Shown piece after piece: positions 1 to 8,948 of a DNA stretch of 60,668 nucleotides. Source of the stretch: Pseudomonadota bacterium (GTDB lineage: Bacteria > Campylobacterota > Campylobacteria > Campylobacterales > Sulfurimonadaceae); contig JAZDQA010000002.1 of NCBI GenBank assembly GCA_043797085.1, positions 1-60,668 of the forward strand. Reading direction: 5' to 3'. Under the pieces are notes generated by a model. The model worked only from the letters and a program-made list of their open reading frames with translations, searched no databases and had not been told where the DNA came from. The first letter of the stretch is position 1, and each line of letters starts with the position of its first letter. The position numbers and the translations under genes are program-made.

Positions 1-1414
1 CATCGACGAGGGTGACGGTGTGATCTAAGGTAGCACCGTTAGCTTCGTTGACGCTATCGCTGACACTGAGTTTAACGTAGACGATATCATCGGCTGCCGT
101 TGGAGGGGTATCGACTCCTGCTTGGTCGATGATGGTTCCAACCCCTACCCCGTCTCCAATGACTGCACTTTCGCTTGGATTCGAGAGAATAATCCTAAAC
201 GTTTCCCCATTATCCGAGATAAAATCATCATGAATCGGTACAGTAATCGTAATACTTGTCGATCCGGCCGGAATTGTTTTACTTCCGCTCACTGCGCTAT
301 AATCAGCCCCTGCGGTTGCGGTTGTATCACTGCTTGCAAAGTCAAACGTCACATCACGCTCAGTTGCTCCACTCAACGTAACCGTAAAGGTCATTGTCCC
401 TTCTTGCTCATTAATCACTTGATCATCAATACTTAGAGAAACGGGCGCTTGAATATCGTTAATCGTTGTCACAACCGTATCATTGCCAATTAGAAGTTCG
501 TTATATTCTCCTCCGCTTGTTGATACAATAGAAACTTGATAGTTTTCTGGACCTTCATAAATCCCATCAAGATTATTTGAAATAGGGAACGTAATACTTT
601 TTGTCCCCTCCTCAATCGTAACCGTCATCGTTCTCGGAATCAAATCTCCGTCTTCCGTCGTAATATGTCCGATTTGAATCGTTACAATCAGAGGAGTTTT
701 CGGGGCTTCTGTTACGCTCAGGGTATAGCTGGCATTGCTCCCCTCAGGAACCGTTAAATCCCCACTTAAACTAAGGATACCGCGCAATGGTGAAGGAGTT
801 GGCTCAATCGGTGGTGGCGGAGGGGGTGGCGGTGGCGGTGGCGGTGGAAGAGGGCTAGGATCAACAGGCGTAGTAGTCGTTCCAAGCCGACCGACATCTT
901 CTCGTCTGAAAACATCCTGAACGTCTTCTCTCGCTTGACTGGAAACAAATTTTGCACTTCGCAAACCTGAATTTACATCGGTAATTGCTCCTGTGCGTGC
1001 GGCGAATGCATCTCCGGTTGATTCGCTTTCAAGAACTTGTTCTTTACCTGAAGAGGTCTCTTCAATAACACTTTCATCCCCTTTTAGCTCTTCTCCCGAG
1101 ATCAAAGCAGCAATCTCTTCCGACGTTAAAATACTCTTTGCAAAAGAATTAGCGCTCGCTATCTCCAAGCTGCTCTCAGCCCCATCGGCTCCCGCTGAAA
1201 TCATCGTTGGATCAAAGAGCTGAGGAGTGGTTCCGGCGAATATCATCTCCCCTGAATTATCGGCATACACTGCGGTATAAGAAGATTTTTCATCAGCACC
1301 AAAAACAATATCACCCGAATTGATTTTATCCCCTTCGGCAAGTTTGGCAATCGTTCCGTCAATTTTTTTGACAAATACGTTTCCTTCAATTTTTGTGATA
1401 GTTGCAATGATCAT
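1..1414 (-). CDS. Large T1SS-secreted adhesin (LapA/retention-module type with Calx-beta-like repeats), 5' part only; runs off the window start
   Basis: Manually translated from ATG at 1414: MIIATITKIEGNVFVKKIDGTIAKLAEGDKINSGDIVF..., a 13-Pro linker, then Calx-beta-like segments (TFTVTLSGATERDVTFDFASSDTTATAGADY...ITVPIHDDFISDNGETF). No stop seen before the window edge. Lies directly downstream of T1SS genes. Confidence 0.85.
   Translation of the reverse strand, partial: MIIATITKIEGNVFVKKIDGTIAKLAEGDKINSGDIVFGADEKSSYTAVYADNSGEMIFAGTTPQLFDPTMISAGADGAESSLEIASANSFAKSILTSEEIAALISGEELKGDESVIEETSSGKEQVLESESTGDAFAARTGAITDVNSGLRSAKFVSSQAREDVQDVFRREDVGRLGTTTTPVDPSPLPPPPPPPPPPPPPIEPTPSPLRGILSLSGDLTVPEGSNASYTLSVTEAPKTPLIVTIQIGHITTEDGDLIPRTMTVTIEEGTKSITFPISNNLDGIYEGPENYQVSIVSTSGGEYNELLIGNDTVVTTINDIQAPVSLSIDDQVINEQEGTMTFTVTLSGATERDVTFDFASSDTTATAGADYSAVSGSKTIPAGSTSITITVPIHDDFISDNGETFRIILSNPSESAVIGDGVGVGTIIDQAGVDTPPTAADDIVYVKLSVSDSVNEANGATLDHTVTLVD
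809..847 (-). repeat. Poly-proline coding tract (13 consecutive Pro codons)
   Basis: cggtggtggcggagggggtggcggtggcggtggcggtgg reads as 13 CCN codons on the minus strand, in the adhesin frame. Confidence 0.9.
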
Positions 1415-1435
1415 GACAAAGCCTTTAGTATATTA

Positions 1436-1488
1436 ATTATACTAATAATAGACTAAAATAAAAAAAGGTGCAATTGTCCCAAGGGACA
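1436..1488 (-). promoter_or_regulatory. Adhesin promoter: -10 TATAAT (1436-1441) and upstream palindrome TGTCCC-AA-GGGACA (1475-1488)
   Basis: Perfect -10 hexamer about 20 nt upstream of the ATG; 6-2-6 dyad upstream, adjacent to a LuxR/NarL-type gene. Confidence 0.5.
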
Positions 1489-1505
1489 CTATGAAGAGGG
1501 TGAGG

Positions 1506-2081
1506 TTATTTATATCGCAAAGCGAAATCAAGACGATCTTTGACGTGAAGTTTATGATAGATATGTGACGTGTGTGCTTTTACCGTTCGCGGCGTTATCT
1601 GAAGAATCTCAGCAATGACCTGATTGGTTTTTCCTTGAAGCAAAAGAGGGACGATTTCTTGTTCTCTCTCACTTAATAAGCTCAAAAAATCTCTATTTGC
1701 TTGAGGAGCAAGATTTCCGACAAGCTGTGCGGTAAATTCCGGATGAAGCCATATTAATCCTGATCGTATCGTCTCAAATGCCGCATCAAAATAGACGCGG
1801 TGCATCATCGCATTTCCATAACCGCGCACCCCCAATCCCAAATAGTATTGTGCGGATTCCAATACAGGCAGGCGTTGCAACAATAGAACGTGATTTCCTT
1901 GTCCAACGGCTTTTTTTAGAATGACTTCATTGGAATAAATATCATTAGGAAGCATTAAAATCATCAAACTATCATGATAAGAGCCAAGCATTTCAACACT
2001 GTCAACCCATTGAACACTAAGAGTTTTAGACAGATGCTCATAACCGTCCATCTCATACGTATATGCAATTACGTTCATCAT
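1506..2081 (-). CDS. LuxR/NarL-family transcriptional regulator with degenerate receiver-like N-terminus
   Basis: C-terminal HTH LSEREQEIVPLLLQGKTNQVIAEILQITPRTVKAHTSHIYHKL. Confidence 0.85.
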   Translation of the reverse strand: MMNVIAYTYEMDGYEHLSKTLSVQWVDSVEMLGSYHDSLMILMLPNDIYSNEVILKKAVGQGNHVLLLQRLPVLESAQYYLGLGVRGYGNAMMHRVYFDAAFETIRSGLIWLHPEFTAQLVGNLAPQANRDFLSLLSEREQEIVPLLLQGKTNQVIAEILQITPRTVKAHTSHIYHKLHVKDRLDFALRYK

Positions 2082-3412
2082 CGCTCACTTAGCATATGCT
2101 GTTTTGTTTTCAAAATCGGTTTCAAAATATAATCCAAAACACTTTTTTTACCGGTAATAATGTCAGCACTCAGCGTCATTCCCGGTAGAATAGAGAGTTT
2201 TTTTCCGTTGTGTTGGACGTAACTTTTTTCAGTTTCGATTCGTACCGTGTAAAAAGTCTCTTCTTTTTTATTCATACTCGTATCGGCACTTATGAGCGTT
2301 ACCTTTCCCTCTAATGCTCCGTAAACAGCAAAATCGTAGGCTGTAAGTTTGACCACTGCACGCTGTCCCGAATAGATAAAAGCAATATCTGAAGGTTTGA
2401 CTTTTACCTCCACAACCAGCTTTTCCCCTTTTGGGACAATTTCGATCAAATCATCTCCCGGCTTCACAACCCCGCCGATTGTGTGGACAAATAAACTTTG
2501 AACCACCCCATCCATCGGCGAGCGAACGGTTGTTCGATCTACTTGATCACTAAGTGCTGTCCCGTCAGCTTGAAGTATGTTGAGCTGCGAAAGAGCCTCG
2601 TTGTACTCCGCTTGCGCTTTAGAGCGAAACTCTGAACGTGCTTCTTCAATCGAGCGTTGCGTCTCTTGGATAACGGATTCCAGACGGGGAATGGACAATA
2701 CGGTAGCTTGATAGCTAGCCTCCGCTTCATTTGCCTCACGCTGGAGCTTGAGATAATCGACCTTGGAGCGCACCCCTTTTTCGACCATCGGTCCCGTCAT
2801 GCGCACCTCTTCGTCGATCATGTTAAGCGATTGCTTTAAATGTTCTTTTCGTGAACGTGCTTCGGAAAGTTCTTGGCGATTTTGGCTTGATTTTTCTCGT
2901 AATCCTGAAATACGCGCATCAAGGTTGGAAATATTGGCATGGTATAGCGAGAGTTCATTTTGGATATACGATGCCATTTCCGCCGATGCACCGCCGGAAC
3001 TAAAACCGCTGCCGCTGCCCTCGGCTTTTAAGCGCATGAGTTTCGCCCTCATCGCATACCCGCCCATTTCATTCGAGGTAAAAGAGGAGGTTGATTTTTC
3101 ATTTTTAATCTTGAGCAGCGGTTGATCTTTTTTGACCGATTGCCCCTCTTTGACTAAAATAGCCTCAACAATTCCCCCTTCGAGATGCTGAATCATTTTA
3201 TTGTGTGCGCTTGAAACGACTTGCCCGTTTCCACGCGCAATCTCATCCACTTCTGCCAATGCTGCCCACAAAACAAACAAAAATAACGCTGCAATCCAAA
3301 AATACAACACCATCCGAAGACGTCGCGGTGTCGTAGTCAGTACTGCCGCACTAAGGGACTGAATGTACTCATAATCTTTTGGGGTGAGTGCTCTTCGAGT
3401 CTCCTTAGCCAT
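2078..3412 (-). CDS. HlyD-family type I secretion membrane fusion protein
   Basis: N-terminal TM, IQHLEGGIVEAILVKEG, VRSPMDGVV...TIGGVVKPG, C-terminal PGMTLSADIITGKKSVLDYILKP. Confidence 0.95.
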   Translation of the reverse strand: MAKETRRALTPKDYEYIQSLSAAVLTTTPRRLRMVLYFWIAALFLFVLWAALAEVDEIARGNGQVVSSAHNKMIQHLEGGIVEAILVKEGQSVKKDQPLLKIKNEKSTSSFTSNEMGGYAMRAKLMRLKAEGSGSGFSSGGASAEMASYIQNELSLYHANISNLDARISGLREKSSQNRQELSEARSRKEHLKQSLNMIDEEVRMTGPMVEKGVRSKVDYLKLQREANEAEASYQATVLSIPRLESVIQETQRSIEEARSEFRSKAQAEYNEALSQLNILQADGTALSDQVDRTTVRSPMDGVVQSLFVHTIGGVVKPGDDLIEIVPKGEKLVVEVKVKPSDIAFIYSGQRAVVKLTAYDFAVYGALEGKVTLISADTSMNKKEETFYTVRIETEKSYVQHNGKKLSILPGMTLSADIITGKKSVLDYILKPILKTKQHMLSER

Positions 3413-5546
3413 TTTGCCCTCCAGATAAAGCTTTTAACACATCATCACGCGCTCCGTCTTGCACCACAACACCATTGTGCATCACGATGAGCCGCTGGGT
3501 CAACACAAGCGTTGAAAGCTTTTGCGTCACCATCAACATCGTTTTACCCTCAATGTAGCTTTTAAGATTATCGATAAGATACTGTTCAGAGGTTTGATCC
3601 ATCGCATTGCTTGGTTCATCCAAAAGGAGGATTTCCGGATCTTCGACCAATGCGCGAGCAATTCCGACACTTTGACGCTGACCCCCTGAGAGCCCCAATC
3701 CTCGTTCGGCAACACTCATCTCATACCCTCTGGGATGCTTTCGGACAAACTCATCCGTCCCGCTTAGTCTGCTTGCTCGAATCATCGCTTCATCACTGTG
3801 GAAACGGGCACCGCTTAGAATGTTATCTTTGATCGTTCCACGGAAAAGATGAATATCTTGCGGTACGTATCCAAATGCTCGGCGTAAATCCGCAGGATCA
3901 ATCTGCGAAATATCCAGACCGTCGATTAAAATCGAACCGCTTTGTGGCTCATAAAGGCGCAATAAAAGTTTTTCAATGGTACTTTTACCCGACCCCATTC
4001 TCCCTACGATGCCCACATGTTCCCCCGATTGAATCAAAAATGAGACATCATTAAGTGCCGGAACTTCTTCTCCTGGGTAGGTAAACTTGACCCCTCGAAA
4101 TTCAATCTGACCCGTAAACTGAGGTTTTTGAACAAACTGTTTTCCATGAGGGCGCTCTTCCGGACGGCTCATAATTTCATTGAGCATATCGTAAGACGTT
4201 TTAGCATCTTCGTACTGGGAGATAAGAGCAGCCGCTTGACCCATTGGCGCTAAAACACGTGAACTCAAAATAACGACCGCGATCAATCCCCCCATCGTCA
4301 GTTCAAACTCTTGAATCAAATAGACACCATAAACGACGACAATTGCCGAGCTTATCTGAATCAATAATCCTGTAACAGTCGGTATTGACGTAGACAAGAG
4401 CTTGGTTCTAAGTGATTTTTCGGCAATTTCACCATTACTCTCTTCCCATTCAAACTGTACTTTTCCCGACATACTCATCGATTTGACTGTCTCAATATTT
4501 TGAAGGCTTTCGATTAAAATACCGCTCTTTTTCGCACTGGCTTCGTGAGAACGTTCGATACTTTCTTGAAGAGGTTTTCGGATACTAAGCGCATATCCTA
4601 TTATAATAAGTGCCGTTACAATCGGTACAAAGACCAGCATCCCCCCAAGATAACCGATCAACAGCAAGAAAATGATCGCAAAGGGTATATCCACAAGTGC
4701 CGTAATCGTCGCATTGGTCATAAACCCGCGAATGGATTCAAAATCTCGTATATTATTGGCGAAGGTTCCCACTGATTTGGAATGTGCTTCCATTTTCATG
4801 TTGATCACTTTTTCAAAAATAATCGAAGACATGATAATGTCGCTTTTTTTCGCCGCTTGTTCAATCATATACGTACGGGTAAATTTCAAAAAGGCATCCA
4901 ACACATACACAATCATCACGCCGATGGTAAAAACCCACAATGTCTCTATGGCATTATTGGGGATAACACGGTCGTAGACATTCATCGTAAACAGCGGTGT
5001 TGCTAAAACGAGAAGATTCACTAAAAGTGTCGCCCACAAAACATCCCCATAAATTTGACGAGAGAGGTTCAGCGTTCCCCAAAACCAATGTTTTTGCTGT
5101 ATATGCAGGGTTCTCTTATTTTCCTCAGAATAAACATACCCTCGCTTAAGCATGTAGGAAAAGCCCAAATATTCTTCTTCTAAAGCAGTGATATCCACCC
5201 ACTCTTCGGTCGCAACCTCATCGGGATAAACTATTTTTGCTTTGGTATGATCGTCATTGAATGCTTCAAGAATAAGGGCATTTTCGCGACTCATCACCAA
5301 AATTACAGGAAGCTGAAGAGAGAGAATTTCATGAATCGGTCGTTCTATTAACGTTGATTTTAACCCCGCACGTGCTGCTGCTCGTGAAAAAAGAGATTTA
5401 GAGTTACGATGGGAAAAAAGGATTTCCCCCTCTTGGGGATCCAGCGGAAGAGCGTCACTCAACGCCTCAGCACTAAAAGGCTTGTGATAGAGGGCAGTAT
5501 AAGTAACCAGCGCCCGCAGCAACGGATCGTGTCGATGTAAACGCAT
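3405..5546 (-). CDS. Type I secretion ABC permease/ATPase (LapB/HlyB-like, with C39-like N-terminal domain)
   Basis: MNVYDRV, Walker A GRMGSGKST, signature LSGGQRQ, Walker B LLLDEP. Confidence 0.95.
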   Translation of the reverse strand: MRLHRHDPLLRALVTYTALYHKPFSAEALSDALPLDPQEGEILFSHRNSKSLFSRAAARAGLKSTLIERPIHEILSLQLPVILVMSRENALILEAFNDDHTKAKIVYPDEVATEEWVDITALEEEYLGFSYMLKRGYVYSEENKRTLHIQQKHWFWGTLNLSRQIYGDVLWATLLVNLLVLATPLFTMNVYDRVIPNNAIETLWVFTIGVMIVYVLDAFLKFTRTYMIEQAAKKSDIIMSSIIFEKVINMKMEAHSKSVGTFANNIRDFESIRGFMTNATITALVDIPFAIIFLLLIGYLGGMLVFVPIVTALIIIGYALSIRKPLQESIERSHEASAKKSGILIESLQNIETVKSMSMSGKVQFEWEESNGEIAEKSLRTKLLSTSIPTVTGLLIQISSAIVVVYGVYLIQEFELTMGGLIAVVILSSRVLAPMGQAAALISQYEDAKTSYDMLNEIMSRPEERPHGKQFVQKPQFTGQIEFRGVKFTYPGEEVPALNDVSFLIQSGEHVGIVGRMGSGKSTIEKLLLRLYEPQSGSILIDGLDISQIDPADLRRAFGYVPQDIHLFRGTIKDNILSGARFHSDEAMIRASRLSGTDEFVRKHPRGYEMSVAERGLGLSGGQRQSVGIARALVEDPEILLLDEPSNAMDQTSEQYLIDNLKSYIEGKTMLMVTQKLSTLVLTQRLIVMHNGVVVQDGARDDVLKALSGGQNG

Positions 5547-5559
5547 AAACTTCCTTCAA

Positions 5560-6681
5560 TTATTCCTTATTCGCAAACATTTTGACTTCAACACGACGGT
5601 TTTGTGCGCGTCCCGCAGCTTCCATGTTTGAAGCAATCGGCAAACTTTCGCCGAAGCCTTGTGCTTTGATACGATCAGCACTAATGCCCCCTTTTACCAA
5701 TACTTTGGCTAATGCCTTCGCCCGCTTATCTGAGAGGATCATATTTTTAGGTGCCTCTCCGACACTATCCGTATGCCCGCCAATCTCAATCGTATACCCT
5801 TGATACTCTTTCATAAAGCCCTTAAGCTTCTCAATCTCTTTAGAAGCACTAACTGGAATCGCGTACGAAGATGTGGCAAAGTTAATATGCAATGTCACTT
5901 CAACCGGACATCCATTATCATCGACAACATACCCTTTGGGAGTATTCGGGCATTTGTCTTTTGAATCTACTACGCCATCCTTATCTTTATCGCCCTCTGC
6001 AACAGCAGGAACAACTACAATAGGAGCAACAACAGGAGCTGGTTTTGATACAACAATCGGCGCTGGTTTTTGAACAACAGGGGCTGGTTTTTGAACCACC
6101 ACAGCAGGTTTTACGGGTTTTGATGTGTATACCGTTACCAACACTTGGTAATTCAAATCACGAGCGTTCTCGTCATTTTCAAGATAATGGGGATTGGCTC
6201 CATCACGACACTCAACGATAATATCACTCTTTGAAATCTTATTGTCGATCAATTGTTTTTTAACGGCATCTACGGCTCGCTCACACGCTGCACGATTGGC
6301 TTTTAGATCCGATTTAGATTCAAAAAGGCTGTTTTGAATCGATCCGAAGAACGTACTGCCTTGGGCGATTGCATGCTCATGCTCTTCATTTAGACGGGTA
6401 TGCCCGACAACGCTGACTTTATATGGTACTCCTGAAGAGGCATACGATTGAACCGATTGAACCATCTTTTTAATGGCTTCCTCATCTTGGAGTTTTACCG
6501 GATCACTAGGAGCATAAAAAATCGGATCGTAATGAAATATTCGTTCAAAGTTTCCACAAAACAAAGGGTTTTTTTGCTCTGTTGCATTCACCTCTTTTAA
6601 AGGAGTATAGCCATAGTCATACACTCCGGCAAATAACGCTGAAGAAAGGGTAAGAGTAAGAATAAGAATAAATGCTTTCAT
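5560..6681 (-). CDS. OmpA-family periplasmic protein (degenerate OmpA-like domain, Pro-rich linker, TSP3-type Ca-binding repeat, OmpA C-terminal domain)
   Basis: Signal peptide; DKDKDGVVDSKDKCPNTP; GHTDSVG...LSDKRA...NRRVE. Confidence 0.9.
   Translation of the reverse strand: MKAFILILTLTLSSALFAGVYDYGYTPLKEVNATEQKNPLFCGNFERIFHYDPIFYAPSDPVKLQDEEAIKKMVQSVQSYASSGVPYKVSVVGHTRLNEEHEHAIAQGSTFFGSIQNSLFESKSDLKANRAACERAVDAVKKQLIDNKISKSDIIVECRDGANPHYLENDENARDLNYQVLVTVYTSKPVKPAVVVQKPAPVVQKPAPIVVSKPAPVVAPIVVVPAVAEGDKDKDGVVDSKDKCPNTPKGYVVDDNGCPVEVTLHINFATSSYAIPVSASKEIEKLKGFMKEYQGYTIEIGGHTDSVGEAPKNMILSDKRAKALAKVLVKGGISADRIKAQGFGESLPIASNMEAAGRAQNRRVEVKMFANKE
6021..6120 (-). repeat. Short tandem repeats encoding the KPAPVV linker
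   Basis: gctggtttttgaac recurs at 21-nt spacing (6062, 6083); protein KPAVVVQKPAPVVQKPAPIVVSKPAPVV. Confidence 0.7.
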
Positions 6682-8705
6682 TATTTACCTCCACGGTTAG
6701 CATGCATAATAATTTCAGTACGTCGGTTTTGTGCACGTCCCGTCTCTTTAGCATTCGAAGCAACGGGCTGTGTCTCGCCAAGCCCTTTACTGCTTATTCG
6801 GTTTTCGGCAATACCGTTTTGAAGCAGCTTAAGACGCAATGCATTGGCACGATTTTCAGATAAACGCTTATTACGCGCCTCTCTCCCCGGTGTTCTTCCT
6901 GCATTGTCGGTATGACCGACTATTTCAATGGTAAATTCAGGATTGTCCAGCATAAACTTTTTGAGACGTTGAATGTCACCGGATACACTGGATGGAATAG
7001 CATACGAAGCCGTTGCAAAATTAATGTGCAGCGTCACCCCCGTTGGACATCCATTTTCGTCTACTCCATACCCTTTTGGAGTAGCAGGACACATATCTTT
7101 TGAATCTTTAACGCCATCGCCGTCACTGTCACCATCTACGGCAGGAGCAACAGGGACTATCGCTGCAACGGGAGCTACTGGGACTGCAGGAACAACGACC
7201 GCTTTAGGGACAAAAACTGGGACCGGAGCTGCTTTCTTCTTGAATACCTCCAAATCGACCTTTGTACATCCGTACGCCATTATGTTCTCACCCGGTTTAG
7301 AGTTGTCACACAAATCAAGATTATCCGAAATCGTATCGTTGTCTTGATCGAGCTTGACTGGAAGCGTATCGTCGATGATGCTCGCCTTATCATTGCCTAT
7401 GTTGACTCTTGAGTTATATTCATCCGTATTGCCAAGCACTGCGACTACCATCAATCCCATTGCATCCAAAATACGGTAGCGGGCATAAAGCTCATCGTAT
7501 TGCGCATTGATGATTTGCTGACGTGAACCGATCAGATCATTTTGCGCGGCAAGAATGTCCAGCATCGATCGACGCCCCATATCAAACTCATCTTTGTACA
7601 AATCCAATGTTGTTTCGGCATATTTTTGATATTCATGCAAATCAACCAACTGCTTTGCAATCATCTCATACGCATTCCAAGAAAACTCAATCCCCTCCAA
7701 AGCCTGACGTTTAGACTCCAGCATCGTTTGCACTTCTTGATTTACTTTGCTGATATTTTTTTGTTCCGTTGCACTGTCAGCACCGCCTCGATAGAGGTTG
7801 TAGTTCAACACCAAACGGGCACGAAAACGGTCATCCGGCTGATCAAAACCGTTATTATCTTGGTGCGCATCATTAAAAAATTGATTCACTTCCAAATCGA
7901 GCTTAGGATAATATCCTTTTTTATTTTCGCTCATCAAAGCCTGAGCCCCTTTGGTATTGTAACGCCCGACAAGAATCGAAGGGTTGTTATCAATAGCCAC
8001 CATAGCCGCGCGCTCAAACGATTCAGGCATAAGCGCCTTCAAATCAGGTTTGCTCATTACACTGGGGTCTACTTCATGACCGGTTAGACGGCGCAATGTC
8101 GCGAACGTATCACGAAAGTTATTTTCTTGTACCGTGAGATTGGATTTTGCCAAAGAGAGAGACGAATTGATTTTATTCATCTCTGATTTCGTCGTAAGAC
8201 CGCCATCGTAAAGAGTTTTTACTTTGTTAAATAAATCGGTATTGATCTCAACGTTTTCGCGTGCCGTCTCTAAAAGCTCTTTTGCGCGCAATACATTCAA
8301 ATACGCCCCAACCGTACGAAACGCTATATCATTGGTCTTTTCAATGTAGTTGTATGCAGCAGCCATCACTCTGGACTCTTGGTAATCCACCTTATGACGC
8401 GTCCCAAATCCGTTAAAAAGGTTTTGTGTCAGCGTAAGAGAGCTCTCATAGTTGGTGTATTCAGGATCAGGAGAACGGACATGATCGTAAAGTTCTCCCG
8501 CATGGTTATAACCGGCGACTGCGCGCAAATCAACGGTTGGATAGTACTCTGCTTCCGCAATTTTCAAATCTTGCTGAGTAGCGCGAAAATTATTCAGCCT
8601 CTCTTGGATGACGGGATGAGCTTGCAGGGACTCATGAACGGCTTCATTCAGCGTTAAGGCGTAAAGCGATCCTCCGAATAATAATCCTATCCATAATACC
8701 CGCAT
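6681..8705 (-). CDS. TolC-family T1SS outer membrane channel (LapE/AggA-like) fused to C-terminal TSP3 and OmpA domains
   Basis: TolC repeats (LTQNLFNGF, YNLYRGG, EFDMGRRSMLDIL), then DSDGDGVKDSKDMCP and GHTDNAG...LSENRA...NRRTE. Confidence 0.92.
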   Translation of the reverse strand: MRVLWIGLLFGGSLYALTLNEAVHESLQAHPVIQERLNNFRATQQDLKIAEAEYYPTVDLRAVAGYNHAGELYDHVRSPDPEYTNYESSLTLTQNLFNGFGTRHKVDYQESRVMAAAYNYIEKTNDIAFRTVGAYLNVLRAKELLETARENVEINTDLFNKVKTLYDGGLTTKSEMNKINSSLSLAKSNLTVQENNFRDTFATLRRLTGHEVDPSVMSKPDLKALMPESFERAAMVAIDNNPSILVGRYNTKGAQALMSENKKGYYPKLDLEVNQFFNDAHQDNNGFDQPDDRFRARLVLNYNLYRGGADSATEQKNISKVNQEVQTMLESKRQALEGIEFSWNAYEMIAKQLVDLHEYQKYAETTLDLYKDEFDMGRRSMLDILAAQNDLIGSRQQIINAQYDELYARYRILDAMGLMVVAVLGNTDEYNSRVNIGNDKASIIDDTLPVKLDQDNDTISDNLDLCDNSKPGENIMAYGCTKVDLEVFKKKAAPVPVFVPKAVVVPAVPVAPVAAIVPVAPAVDGDSDGDGVKDSKDMCPATPKGYGVDENGCPTGVTLHINFATASYAIPSSVSGDIQRLKKFMLDNPEFTIEIVGHTDNAGRTPGREARNKRLSENRANALRLKLLQNGIAENRISSKGLGETQPVASNAKETGRAQNRRTEIIMHANRGGK

Positions 8706-8835
8706 TGCAAACTCCTATTTCATGTTTTATTATCGATGTTATTATACACCAAGAATTGTGCTCAAAATGTTACAAATTATAGTAAATATATCACATTTTT
8801 ATCGCAATAGTATTTATAATTCTTATACTCATAAT

Positions 8836-8912
8836 TTTATCATTTTTATATCGTAATGGTATCGCATCTATAAAATACTTTTGCGATACCATTACGATAT
8901 AAAAATGATAAA
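8836..8912. repeat. Perfect 31-bp inverted repeat with 15-nt spacer in the divergent promoter region
   Basis: tttatcatttttatatcgtaatggtatcgca (8836-8866) is the exact reverse complement of tgcgataccattacgatataaaaatgataaa (8882-8912). Confidence 0.95.
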
Positions 8913-8948
8913 GTGTTTTGATCGATTTTATCTCAAGGATTCTCTGAC

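Noticed and set aside
735..920. Plus-strand poly-glycine ORF
   Set aside because: Antisense shadow of the adhesin's poly-proline tract
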